DNA of 64,000 bases from an uncultured Pseudobdellovibrionaceae bacterium (GCA_963803705.1 CAWDNU010000003.1:224001-288000), one strand, 5' to 3'; shown: positions 20,330-30,720, counted from the stretch's first letter. The notes: generated from the sequence alone by a model not told the origin. Translations and numbers: made by a program.

Positions 20330-21299
20330 TTAACGAAATTGCTTTGGTTTTTTTGATAAGGTGTGGGTGGCCGATATTTTTCGAATTGTTCCAGTTTTAG
20401 AGCGCATAACTATAGACTCGGTTTAAGGCTCTGCCACCAGAAATATATCGAACACCATTTAATAGCGGGCCAGGGGTGATGCCTGTGGCGACAAACATGA
20501 CATCACCGTGAGCTAGATCTTGAATACTTAAGGATTTAGCTAAATCTTTGACACCCATCTTTGTTGCGCGTTCTTTTTCATCTTCGTTTCTGAAATTTAG
20601 ATCGTCCTTGAAAATCACCACCAGACATTTCATAGCAGCAGCAGTGATTACACCTTCAGGCGCACCACCGGTGCCCATCAAAATGTCTATCCCTGAGTCA
20701 TCCCATGCTGTGGCCAATGCCGCAGAGACATCACCATCATCGATTAGAGTTAATGCGAACATTTAGATCGCGTAGAGTTTTTATCAGAGACCTCATGTCT
20801 GGACGATTTAATACGATGGCCGTCAATTCATTCACGGTTTGTTCAGGGCTTTAGATACGGCACGAATATTCTCTTCAATGCACTTATCTATATCAATCAC
20901 TCCTTTGGCTCTAGGACCAACAGCAATCTTATCCATGTATGTGTCGGGCGCATGAAGAAAGTTACCTCTTTCAGCGACGGCAATGACACTTATACGCGCC
21001 AGGTGCACCGTAAGCACACAGATTGGTTCCTTCTAGAGGATCCAAAGCAATATCAATCTGAGGTGAGGTTCTTATCGCCGCAACCCACTTTTTCACCGAT
21101 AAAAAGCATTGGGGCTTCATCTCGTTCACCTTCACCGATCACTACCACGCCTTGAACCATAATGTCATCGAAGGCTCGTCTCATGGCATCCACAGCCGCC
21201 TGATCTGCGCGTCTTTTAGCCTAAGCCCATAAATTTTGAGCTATTTAATGCAGCAGCTTCAGTGATTCTTACAAATTCGAGGGCCAGGTTTCTGTCCAT
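20330..21299 (-). pseudogene. glpX: Class II fructose-1,6-bisphosphatase, multiply frameshifted (pseudogene or sequence error)
   Basis: MDRNLALEFVRITEAAAL start; fragments [71 protein letters not shown] lie in different frames. Confidence 0.85.
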
Positions 21300-21722
21300 T
21301 CCGTGTTCTCCGTTGAGAGTCGGGTAAGTTCTTTGGAGGCTTTATGACTTTCAAGTGTTTTGTCTACACCAATATGTAGGGTGTGACCAGTGGCACAGAG
21401 TTGCTTATTCACGTAAATACCGTAGTAGAAGTTATATCTGAGCCCATCAGTGTAATTCTTAAGTAGACTTGTAGCTTGATCACTCAATCGACAAGGCCTT
21501 TTATAGTAGGACACTCGGCATTCTAAAACGGCTAAGGTGTAGTCAATGTGGGAGAGTGAAAGGCTTAAACCGTTTTGCTCTCGAAGCCAGGCCACTCTAG
21601 TTTCTTCCATCCATTTAAATGATTTGCGTGATGAGCAATGCCCATTATGTCTGTTTCGTGAAATTGAATAAATTTTTTGTAGGAAAGTCGTTTGACCTTT
21701 TTGAATCCAAAATTGCCTCCAT
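21269..21722 (-). pseudogene. Acyl-CoA thioesterase (YbgC/4HBT family), frameshifted
   Basis: FHETDIMGIAHHANH and MEETRVAWL..LECRVSY lie in different frames; start approximate. Confidence 0.7.
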
Positions 21723-21862
21723 CAGGTCTTTCAGCAAGAATACTGATATCTGGATTATTGATTTTAGAATAGTTTCGAAGAGGTACCGCGATCAAAAACC
21801 AAACGCATCAAGACATTCTTTCAAGCCAGTGATTTCATTAAATCATTGCTACCTTCGAGTCG

Positions 21863-22405
21863 ATGTTTTATTTAATTTCTTTTCTAACCCTGAGTCGAAT
21901 TATTGGCGCTCCGTTAATTTTATTACCTTGGTGTATGGATGGGGAAGAGTATTTGGATTTTCACAAGCTTTTACTTTGGCCTTTTGAGTTTGACAGATTA
22001 CTTCGACGGCATGTTGGCAAGAAAGTATCAAATGGTGTCCAATTTTGGAAAGTTTCTAGATCCGATAGGGGACAAGGTTGTAGTCTTGTTTGGGTTAGTA
22101 CTTTTGACTTTGTCCAAAGATCTTAACCCTGGGTTTTTGCTTATTTTTATGACTAGGGATTTTATTATTGGCGGACTTAGATCGTTTGCTGCTGCGGAAG
22201 GAGTTGTTATCTCTGCCCGCGCATTAGGAAAGTCAAAGGCCGCGCTTCAGATGGTGGCCATACCCCTGTTATTCTTCCAGATTACTTTCTACCCATTGCA
22301 TTTTCCACCTTTATAATTGGTGAAGTGGTGTTAATTATTAGCCTAATATTAAGCCTAGTTTCGGGCTTCGATTACTTTTTAGGCTTCCGTGGAACATTGG
22401 GTTGA
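21863..22405 (+). pseudogene. pgsA: CDP-diacylglycerol-glycerol-3-phosphate 3-phosphatidyltransferase, two apparent frameshifts
   Basis: LTLSRI, TDYFDGMLAR..GKFLDPIGD motif, GKSKAALQMVAI; directly upstream of tRNA-Gly. Confidence 0.85.
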
Positions 22406-22447
22406 CAGAGGCGATACTGACAGCATATTCTTAAGATTAATTCTTTC

Positions 22448-22523
22448 GCGGGAATAGCTCAGTTGATAGAGCGTCGCCTTGCCAAGGCGAAGGTCGCGAG
22501 TTTGAGTCTCGTTTCCCGCTCCA
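22448..22523 (+). tRNA. tRNA-Gly(GCC)
   Basis: 76-nt cloverleaf; GCGGGAA/TTCCCGC acceptor stem, TCGCC-TTGCCAA-GGCGA anticodon arm, encoded CCA. Confidence 0.97.
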
Positions 22524-22763
22524 TTAACAGGATCACCTCACGCAACTGCATAGAGTGCCGCGTACATTAGAAATTTTATTTTAGATGTATTTTCAACCGA
22601 GCCGAAGGGTCAACATCTTAGTAGCTGATGAAGCCGAACGAAGCCTTTCTTTAAAAAAAAAATCGGCGTCTAACTTTTGATCAGTTTTTTAAAGATAGTG
22701 AAATAAAGTGCAGGTTTGCTCTGTCACTTTGACCTGTATGTTTCTTTGAAATAATTTGATGTC

Positions 22764-23894
22764 ATGAACGATAAATCAAAAGTTATGAAATCACTACTAA
22801 GTTTTTTCGCGAGTTGCTTATTTAGCTTTAACGCGTTTGGAAATCTGGAATTTGACCAGGATCTATCAATTTTTAAAACCGTGAATTTAACTTCATTCCC
22901 ACAAATCTCTATTCCAATATATAAAAGCTCAGGTCGTGAAGGCCCTGGAGTGCTTTTCGTTCACGGCAATTCATCGTCCGCAAGAGCTTTTCATCGTCAG
23001 ATTTATTCTAAGTTCGGTAAAACCTATAAACTATTTTTTTTGGATCTACCCGGTCACGGTCAAGCCTCTAAAGTTGATGCTAACAGACCAATGCCAATGC
23101 TAAGTAGAAACTCACCAGCTGGTTTTGCGGAGTATCAGTTAGGGTTAGTTGAAGCCGTATCCCAAGTTGCAAATGATCCAGATGTGCAAGCTAAAGTTTT
23201 AGTAGGTTGGAGCTTGGGTGGGGATGTAGCCATCATGACTAAGGGGCTTGGGCTTGTGCCAGACATCGAGGCACTTATGATCATGGGAACAGCGCCTGCT
23301 AACGTCGATAGTCCAATTGATGAGCCGCCATTTAACTTAGTCACCAGGATTGAACGCATGATAGGTATTTCAGCCTATGCGGGTTTTGGACTATCTTTTA
23401 ATTTAGGCGTGTTTAACCCTTATAGATTTGATGGGAAGTTTTCTGATTCCATACCTTATTTCGCACCAAGATCTGCGAAGAAGTTCGAAACTAGAGGGCA
23501 AGCATATTTAGATGCATTTTTTGACCCCAACAGTACATCCGAAACACCAAGGTTTGTTGTTGAAGACGCCTTAAAGCGTTCGGACGATAGGTTTAGAGCC
23601 TCACTGGGGGCAATGGCTTTAGGAAGGTTACCTGATCTAAAAATTCCAAACGAGCTAGACATAATTAAAAGTCTTGATAAAGAAAATACTATTTTAGCTG
23701 TGGTGGTTGGCGAGAACGATATGTTTGTAAATAAGGATTATTTGTCAGAGTTAAAATATAAAAAATTTCTGCCAACGCTTTGGAAAAATGAAATTATTCA
23801 GATAAAAGATGCTGGCCATGCTGCGCAACTAGAACAGCCACAGGTTTTCAATCAGTTGTTAGAAGACTTCTTAAATTATTTAGATAAAATTTAA
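22764..23894 (+). CDS. Secreted alpha/beta hydrolase
   Basis: FVHGNS, LDLPGHG, GWSLGG nucleophile elbow, GEND, AGHAAQLEQP. Confidence 0.9.
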   Translation: MNDKSKVMKSLLSFFASCLFSFNAFGNLEFDQDLSIFKTVNLTSFPQISIPIYKSSGREGPGVLFVHGNSSSARAFHRQIYSKFGKTYKLFFLDLPGHGQASKVDANRPMPMLSRNSPAGFAEYQLGLVEAVSQVANDPDVQAKVLVGWSLGGDVAIMTKGLGLVPDIEALMIMGTAPANVDSPIDEPPFNLVTRIERMIGISAYAGFGLSFNLGVFNPYRFDGKFSDSIPYFAPRSAKKFETRGQAYLDAFFDPNSTSETPRFVVEDALKRSDDRFRASLGAMALGRLPDLKIPNELDIIKSLDKENTILAVVVGENDMFVNKDYLSELKYKKFLPTLWKNEIIQIKDAGHAAQLEQPQVFNQLLEDFLNYLDKI

Positions 23895-23944
23895 TTACTC
23901 GATATCCTGTAGCAGGATACACCGAGCTTGATAAACCATGATGC

Positions 23945-24616
23945 TTACAAGATTAGACTTATGTTTAGTGCATGTCTATTTTCAATTCCTTGCTGTGTTA
24001 TTCTGTAGTCGTTAACGTAGAAAAACTCCCACCTAACAGTGGTTCTAGTAACTTCAAACCCAATGATCGTCCTATGAGATGAAAACCCCTGAGCCCCGCT
24101 CACATAATTATTGCTGTAAAAATTAACTTCGCTAGATGCGACCAGACTTAGTTTGCTCTTAAAATCTAATGCATATTTTAACTCATTTCTAACGCGAAAT
24201 CGAAATGCATCAGAGTTATAGGCTTCAAAATTTCTTAACTCTTGCCTGAAGCGGACACTGTAGCTTAAGGATCCAGATAGTATAACCGGAGAAGGCTCGT
24301 ACTCTAGAGCGTACCTAAGTTCCCGAAGAGACATGTAACCATTTTCGCTTCCAATTGTGTATATGAAACCGAATCGACCCCACTGGTTAAAATAAGAATA
24401 GAAAAGATTAAGTTGTTCTTCTTTTAATCTGCTGACGTCAAAACTGTACCTCAGTTGAATTTGGGCTCCAAGCGAGAAATTGTTGCTAAATTCGTTTTCA
24501 TATCGCAACTGATTCCATAGAAAATAACTATTCTTTCCGCTTGCTAGTACACTGTTGTCGAAGCACAACATCAAAAAAAAAGACGTGAGAAAGTATAAGA
24601 ATTTTCTTGGATGCAT
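23945..24616 (-). CDS. Outer-membrane beta-barrel protein (DUF2490-like)
   Basis: Signal peptide, alternating amphipathic strands, RFRQELR..FRFR pattern. Confidence 0.65.
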   Translation of the reverse strand: MHPRKFLYFLTSFFLMLCFDNSVLASGKNSYFLWNQLRYENEFSNNFSLGAQIQLRYSFDVSRLKEEQLNLFYSYFNQWGRFGFIYTIGSENGYMSLRELRYALEYEPSPVILSGSLSYSVRFRQELRNFEAYNSDAFRFRVRNELKYALDFKSKLSLVASSEVNFYSNNYVSGAQGFSSHRTIIGFEVTRTTVRWEFFYVNDYRITQQGIENRHALNISLIL

Positions 24617-24690
24617 AGAATTAAAGTGGTGGTTAGGGTTTAATGTTAAGCAAGAAAAGACGTTTGCCCTGAGGTCCAGTAAAGAGCGTA

Positions 24691-25512
24691 CTAACCATAC
24701 TCTTCTTCAATCACGTTGTCGATTTCAGCGCCTAGTAACAGAATAAAGCCGTAAATATACAACCAAAGCATATACATTATAATTCCGCCCAAACTGCCAT
24801 AAACCTGATTGTAATTTGAAAAATTAGTGATGTAGATATTAAAAATGTTCGTGGACATAATTAGAATAAAGGTAGCAATGACGCTTCCTCTAGTAATCAG
24901 GACAAACTTAGATTTTGAATTAGGCGCTAAATAGTAGATCGAGCTGAACATCAAATTCACAAGCATAAAACTAATACAATATTTAACTATTGAAATTATA
25001 GTTTCTGAATATGATGTCAATTGAAGGGTTTCTAAAATAAATACGTTAAATTTAGAACTAAAAATTAACACTAAGGTTATGAAAATATAAAGAGTTACGT
25101 AAATAAGTGTTAACCCAACAGCAACCAGCCTACTTTTTGCGATAGATCTTGTCTCTTTAACGGCCTTCACAATATTTAGCTGATTCATGATAGCTAACAT
25201 CCCGCTTGAAGTGGCCCAAAGAGCTGTCAAAAAACTTATTGAAAGCACGCTAGGCTTCTTGTTGGTCAACACGTCGTTAATAGCGCTGACTATCATTTGG
25301 CCTGCCTGACCTGGCAAATTTTTCAAAACGGTATCAATGATATTGCTTTGTAGATCACCTGTAGGGACATAAGCTAAAATAGCTATTAGTGAAATTAGGG
25401 CAGGTATGGTGGCTAATGTTAAATAGTAAGCAAGAACAGCTGCGCTATCTAAGACATTGTCACTATTGAGCTTTGCATATAGTTTTAAGCAAACATTTTT
25501 AAACTCATCCAT
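24691..25512 (-). CDS. YihY/BrkB family membrane protein
   Basis: AAVLAYY, YNQVYGSLGGIIMYMLWLY..LLLGAE. Confidence 0.9.
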   Translation of the reverse strand: MDEFKNVCLKLYAKLNSDNVLDSAAVLAYYLTLATIPALISLIAILAYVPTGDLQSNIIDTVLKNLPGQAGQMIVSAINDVLTNKKPSVLSISFLTALWATSSGMLAIMNQLNIVKAVKETRSIAKSRLVAVGLTLIYVTLYIFITLVLIFSSKFNVFILETLQLTSYSETIISIVKYCISFMLVNLMFSSIYYLAPNSKSKFVLITRGSVIATFILIMSTNIFNIYITNFSNYNQVYGSLGGIIMYMLWLYIYGFILLLGAEIDNVIEEEYG

Positions 25513-25659
25513 AAAATAGTCATATCATTTATGAATTAAGAATATAACTCTGAAGCACATTCATTTGGTTTCTTTGGATAATTTCTGCGCTGCGATGATA
25601 AGTGTTTTTAACGTTTAAATGAACTAGGTCTTAATTCAAAATAGGGCTAATGTTTTTAC

Positions 25660-27156
25660 GTGTACAAAATTAGGACCTTAGCTTGGCTTTGTTATTTATT
25701 TATTTTTGTTTTTAAGCCGGTAGTATTTGCACTAGAGAACTACGGCGCGGGCCAGAAAGTCGAAGATGATTCCAGTGATCACATAGAATTTTTTTTAGAC
25801 CAAGTCCGAAAAAAGTCGCGTGCCATAAAAAATGCTGAGCTAGAATTTAAGTCCTCAAAGTTACTAAATGAAATCGACTTGTCAGAATTTGACTGGTCAG
25901 CCTTCCTGAACTTAAGCCGCTTAAGCGCCACGGATCCACAGCGAAATCCATTTAGCCCAATCAGAAATGATATAGACACTATAGGTTTAGGCGTTGCTAA
26001 GAAGTGGGCTTATGGTTTTGAAACTAATTTCAACTACAATGTCACTGACAATTTTATAAGGTTCCCACCGAGTGCGCCTGTCGGTGAGCTAAATTACTTT
26101 TTTCCTGACTTGAGCTTTGAGTTTAAAACGAACATTACTGACGACTTGATATATAAACAAAGTTTAAATAAAGTTATCAAAATTAAACGACAAAATGAAA
26201 CCCTAGAGATTGATAAGAAAATAAAAATACGAGAAAATCTAGTCTCTGCATTATTAGATGTCACAAGTTATGTAGAAGTTAAAAACGAAATTAATCTTCA
26301 AGAAAAAATATGTTCTGAAATCAGCAAGCAAAACAAAAAATTACAGAAAAAAAGGAAGCTTGGGAGCATTTCAAAGCGAGACTACTTAACAAGCCAAAAA
26401 GAGTACAATAGTTGCCAAATAATTATAAGAACACTGAGAGCTCAAAAATTATCTTTAGTAAATTCGCTTGAGACAAACTACAATTTAAACAGAAGTGCTT
26501 TTTTAAATTTTGAAATTGAAAATTTATTTCTTGATATAAAAAAACTCTATGAAAAATTTATGAATCTGCAGCAAAAAGTAGATTTAAAATCTACTATACA
26601 AATCAAAAGTCTGAAGCAAAAGATGAAGGTTTTACAAGCCGAGCACAAACAACTGAAAGCAGGTTCAAAACTTGACGTGTTTTTAGAAGCTAAGTACGGC
26701 TTAAGGGGATTAAATAACAATTACCCCGAAGCCCAAGATAATATAGCAAGTTCTGACTTTCCAAATTATTATGTGGGTTTAAAAGTTAACCTTCCTTTTA
26801 AAGATAGAAATGCTGAAACGCTTTTAGCGTCCAACTCGTACAAAAAAGAAGTGCTTAGCTTAAATTATGATCAAATGCTAACTCAAAAAACGTCTGAATT
26901 TTTCGTTTTACAAGCGACCCTTGATGACAACCTATTGATTTACGAAAAACTAGAGGAAAACTATAAACTGTCGCGTGAAATTTTAAACGAAGGCTTAAAA
27001 GACTTCAACAACGGGCGGATCGATTTTTTTAACCTAACAGAACTTAGGAAATCCTTTTTGCAATCCCAAAACCAGATGATCCAGTTTAGACGCCAAATTT
27101 TAGTAAATATTGTAGAGTACATTGATTATTTCAATTATTTTGAAAGGTACTATTAA
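25660..27156 (+). CDS. TolC-family outer membrane factor
   Basis: Helical/beta repeat pattern (LGSISKRDY, VGLKVNLPF, FNNGRIDFF); directly upstream of the RND gene. Confidence 0.75.
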   Translation: MYKIRTLAWLCYLFIFVFKPVVFALENYGAGQKVEDDSSDHIEFFLDQVRKKSRAIKNAELEFKSSKLLNEIDLSEFDWSAFLNLSRLSATDPQRNPFSPIRNDIDTIGLGVAKKWAYGFETNFNYNVTDNFIRFPPSAPVGELNYFFPDLSFEFKTNITDDLIYKQSLNKVIKIKRQNETLEIDKKIKIRENLVSALLDVTSYVEVKNEINLQEKICSEISKQNKKLQKKRKLGSISKRDYLTSQKEYNSCQIIIRTLRAQKLSLVNSLETNYNLNRSAFLNFEIENLFLDIKKLYEKFMNLQQKVDLKSTIQIKSLKQKMKVLQAEHKQLKAGSKLDVFLEAKYGLRGLNNNYPEAQDNIASSDFPNYYVGLKVNLPFKDRNAETLLASNSYKKEVLSLNYDQMLTQKTSEFFVLQATLDDNLLIYEKLEENYKLSREILNEGLKDFNNGRIDFFNLTELRKSFLQSQNQMIQFRRQILVNIVEYIDYFNYFERYY

Positions 27157-27157
27157 A

Positions 27158-30100
27158 TTGAAAACATTTTTTTCATGGCTATCTGATAACACTCTTTTTG
27201 TACATTATCTTACCATAGTAATTTTTATGGTGGGTATCTATAGCTTTACTAAAGTCCAAAGAGAAGCTCGTCCAAATGTAGATTTTAACAGGGTTGCTAT
27301 ATCTGCCGTTTACCCAGGTGCATCTCCTCAGGATATTGAAGAACTAGTTGTAGATCCGATTGAAGAAAAAATTGAAGAGGTCGACGGTGTAGAGGAGTAC
27401 AGGTCTGTCTCTTTTAATGGAGCAGGGTCCATTTCTGTTAAAATAGATGATGAATATCCCGAACCAAGAATAGTAGTTGACGAATTAAGACGTAAGATTT
27501 CAGAGGTAAACGACTTGCCCCAGAACGTCGAAGATCCACTTGTAACAGAGATTAAAGCCAGTAATATTCCAGTGATTCGAATAGCTCTTTACGGTGAAGC
27601 TACGCCCTACAATTTCAAGCTCGAGTTAGAAAAGTTAAAAGATCTACTAAAAAGGGTTCCTGGTGTTCAAAGTGTTGATGACGCTAATTTGCAAGAGCTG
27701 CAACTTAAGGTTTTAACGTCTCCTGAAAAACTGAACCAATATGATATAACTTTAATAGAAATGATTTCTAGCTTAAGTCAATGGTCTAGGCAGAAACCCG
27801 GCGGGCTATTTGAATCTGGATCTGAAACAGTAAGTATGAATGTAGGGGAAGATTACAACGAGTTAGATAAAATTAATAACTTCGTAATTCGAAGCAATGA
27901 CTCTGGCAAGGCAGTTGTTTTAAAAGACCTGGCATCGGTTGGTTACGATCTTGAAAAGACCCAGGTTAAAACCCTATTTGAATCGAAAGAAGCTGTTATT
28001 TTAACTATTGTCAAAAAGCCTTTTTCAGATATTGTTTCTACTGTAGATCGATTAAAGCTTACGCTTAGTGATTACGAAAAAAAGCTGCCTGACGGGTTAA
28101 AATTAAAAGAGTACACAGACCAATCTATTCTGGTTCGTAACCGCCTTTCGATTGTAACATCCAACGCACTTTTTGGATTAGCACTTGTTCTGCTTGTTCT
28201 TATGATCTCGCTGGATTGGCGATCAGCGCTGGTCACATCCTTCGGTTTGCCCATTGCAGTTATCGGCGGCTTAACAATTGTTTTTTTTCTTGGGAATACT
28301 TTGAATTCACTGGTCATCATAGGACTAGTGATAGTTTTAGGAATGCTTGTGGACGACGCCACAGTGGTTTGTGAAAATATTTATAGTTATGTTGAAAAGG
28401 GTTTTCCGCCAAAAGAGGCTGCAGTTAAGGGCGTGTCAGAAATAGCTGTTCCAGTATTAGCATCCGTGATGACTACTGTTTTTGCGTTTTTTCCGATTCT
28501 TTTCATGAAAGAAATTATCGGCCAATTTTTAAGAGTTATACCACTGACCGTGATCGCAATGTTATTCATGTCTTTGATCGAAGCTTTAATAATCTCCCCG
28601 ACTCACGCTGCTGAAATTATGAAAAAATCCGAGGTAAAGAAGAAAAATGGGTTCATACAAAAGCTTGAAATCAAATATAAAAAATATATACATTGGAGTA
28701 TCAAGAACAGATTTTTTATTTTAGTGTTCTTCACGCTGTTTTTTGCTCTATCAATTTTTCAAAGTAAAAAGTTATTTGAACGCTTCACATTATTTCCAGC
28801 AACTGGACTTGAAGGTCTAAGTGTTCGACTTGAACTGCCTAAAAATGTTCCTATTGAAAAAACAAGCTTAATGACTCAAAACCTGATTGAAGAGCTGAAA
28901 CTTGTTTCTGAAAGTAGTTTTGATAGCGTCTACGCCACGATAGGACAAGTAACTACGGGCGGTAATAGTGGTGGAAGCCGTCAGAGCGGATCACATCTTT
29001 CTGGAATAACTGTGGTGTTTATATCTGATGCTAGTTTTTACAAGACTGAAGACAGGATAGTCAAAAACATTAGGGCTGTAACCCGTGAATTTTCTGAGAA
29101 AGAAAAAGTTAAAGCTTCAATCACATTAGATAGACCTGGCCCTCCGCAAGGCAAGCCCATTCAATTAGAGATCGCGTCCAGGGACACAAAAAAAGGCGAA
29201 ATGATTTCTGAAAAATTGAAAAGCGAGTTTTCGAAAATGAAAGGTGTCAGCAGCTTAGAAACAGATTTAGATGGTGATACTAAAAAATATCGATTTACCA
29301 TAAACAATGACCTTGCAGTGTCTGAAGGGGTAAACCCTGCAGATATTGCTCAAACTGTTTTCGCAGCCTCTACAGGGAGTGTGGCTGAAGAGATTCTTAA
29401 AAATAACGAAAAGATTGAAATTTTGGTGGGCGTAATTCCTAGCGAAGTTGAAAGTATAGATAACATTATAAATTTAAAAGTAAGAAACAGAAACGGTCAA
29501 GCTGTAGGCCTTAAAGCATTTGTAGATGTGAAAGAGGAAAGTGGACCTTCTTCCATCCAAAGATTAAATGGTTTAAGAACTGTTACTCTTTTTGGTGAAG
29601 TCGACGAAGAGATTATTTCTGGCCGCCAAGCAAATGCTAATATTCAACCTTTAATCACCAAACTCTTAAATGAAAATCCAGATGTTTCAATTAATACTGG
29701 CGGTGGTGAAAAAGACAGGATGAATGCTCTTTTAGACACTAAGCGCTTATATATAATCGCTTTAATTTTAATTTTTCTAATCATTAGTTTATCATTCCAA
29801 TCAGTGCTCTATCCCGTGTTGGTTGTGCTTACCATTCCGATGGGATTATGCGGAGTAGTTTGGGCTTTACGACTGCATGAACAGCCCTTATCTGTTATGG
29901 GGATTATTGGTGTGGTTGGTTTATCCGGCGTAGTGGTTAACACTTCAATCTTACTTTTAAGCTTTGTTCAAAGAGGCATTCAAGGTGGGCTATCGCTAAA
30001 CGTGGCATTAGCTGAAGCAGGGACGAAGCGATTACGTGCAATCATGATAACCACGAGTACCACTTTAATCGGATTGTTTCCTACTATGTACGGGCTCGGA

Positions 30101-30295
30101 GGGAAGGATTATTTTATTCAACCTATTGCGCTAGTTTTAGGTTGGGGACTGCTCGTTGCAACTTTGCTGACTCTTTTTGGCTTACCGGCATTGGTATCAT
30201 TCGTAACCGTCCTAGAAAAAAAACCGGAAGCAAGTGGGCCTGTTGAAAAAGCATCATCTTCGTTGTTGCCTTCGCTTAAATCTCATTCGACGTAG
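27158..30295 (+). CDS. RND efflux permease (AcrB/AcrD/AcrF family)
   Basis: YPGASP, GMLVDDATVVCENI, GVVVNTSI, RLRAIMITT; ~1050 aa; TTG start just after the TolC stop. Confidence 0.94.
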   Translation: MKTFFSWLSDNTLFVHYLTIVIFMVGIYSFTKVQREARPNVDFNRVAISAVYPGASPQDIEELVVDPIEEKIEEVDGVEEYRSVSFNGAGSISVKIDDEYPEPRIVVDELRRKISEVNDLPQNVEDPLVTEIKASNIPVIRIALYGEATPYNFKLELEKLKDLLKRVPGVQSVDDANLQELQLKVLTSPEKLNQYDITLIEMISSLSQWSRQKPGGLFESGSETVSMNVGEDYNELDKINNFVIRSNDSGKAVVLKDLASVGYDLEKTQVKTLFESKEAVILTIVKKPFSDIVSTVDRLKLTLSDYEKKLPDGLKLKEYTDQSILVRNRLSIVTSNALFGLALVLLVLMISLDWRSALVTSFGLPIAVIGGLTIVFFLGNTLNSLVIIGLVIVLGMLVDDATVVCENIYSYVEKGFPPKEAAVKGVSEIAVPVLASVMTTVFAFFPILFMKEIIGQFLRVIPLTVIAMLFMSLIEALIISPTHAAEIMKKSEVKKKNGFIQKLEIKYKKYIHWSIKNRFFILVFFTLFFALSIFQSKKLFERFTLFPATGLEGLSVRLELPKNVPIEKTSLMTQNLIEELKLVSESSFDSVYATIGQVTTGGNSGGSRQSGSHLSGITVVFISDASFYKTEDRIVKNIRAVTREFSEKEKVKASITLDRPGPPQGKPIQLEIASRDTKKGEMISEKLKSEFSKMKGVSSLETDLDGDTKKYRFTINNDLAVSEGVNPADIAQTVFAASTGSVAEEILKNNEKIEILVGVIPSEVESIDNIINLKVRNRNGQAVGLKAFVDVKEESGPSSIQRLNGLRTVTLFGEVDEEIISGRQANANIQPLITKLLNENPDVSINTGGGEKDRMNALLDTKRLYIIALILIFLIISLSFQSVLYPVLVVLTIPMGLCGVVWALRLHEQPLSVMGIIGVVGLSGVVVNTSILLLSFVQRGIQGGLSLNVALAEAGTKRLRAIMITTSTTLIGLFPTMYGLGGKDYFIQPIALVLGWGLLVATLLTLFGLPALVSFVTVLEKKPEASGPVEKASSSLLPSLKSHST

Positions 30296-30360
30296 ATAAA
30301 CTACGACTCATTCGATTTTAAGCTTGGACGCCTAGAATCTAATACTTTTTCAACAGGCCC
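30236..30360. mobile_element. 125-bp MITE with 16-bp terminal inverted repeats and a 4-bp target duplication (AAGT)
   Basis: GGGCCTGTTGAAAAAG...CTTTTTCAACAGGCCC; AAGT at 30232-30235 and 30361-30364; internal hairpin CGTAG-ATAAA-CTACG. Confidence 0.85.
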
Positions 30361-30391
30361 AAGTGATCGGTGATCAAAACACAGTTAAAAG

Positions 30392-30528
30392 TGATAAATA
30401 TTTAGTTCTTTACTAAGCATGAGCTTAAAAGCGAGCTCGGATTGTGGCATAGCCATCTAATAGGCTGTGCCACGAACGTATAACCGAGCTTTTAGTCTCA
30501 TGCTTAGTAAAGAATTAAATATTTATCA
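30392..30528. repeat. Long palindromic element, copy B (40-bp arms, 57-nt structured core)
   Basis: 30392-30431 is the reverse complement of 30489-30528 with 3 mismatches; core homologous to copy A. Confidence 0.9.
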
Positions 30529-30720
30529 ATTGTAAATCGTGTCTTAGACACGCATTTGGTCTAGAAAAAAAACCAGAACTGAGCCTCAGCCAAGGTCTGG
30601 AATTGACCCTTGGGACATCTGGAAAGACACTATAGTAAGGGGCTGCTAAAATGTAATTTAACTTCGAATATCATTTGTCGTCACTTAAACCTTGTAGATC
30701 AGGTAAGCTAGGAGTTTTTA

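Noticed and set aside
22620..22650. Hammerhead ribozyme-like CTGATGA after tRNA-Gly
   Set aside because: No GAAA core and no convincing stems II or III.
22524..30360. Genomic island integrated at tRNA-Gly
   Set aside because: No integrase and no duplicated tRNA 3' end seen in the window.
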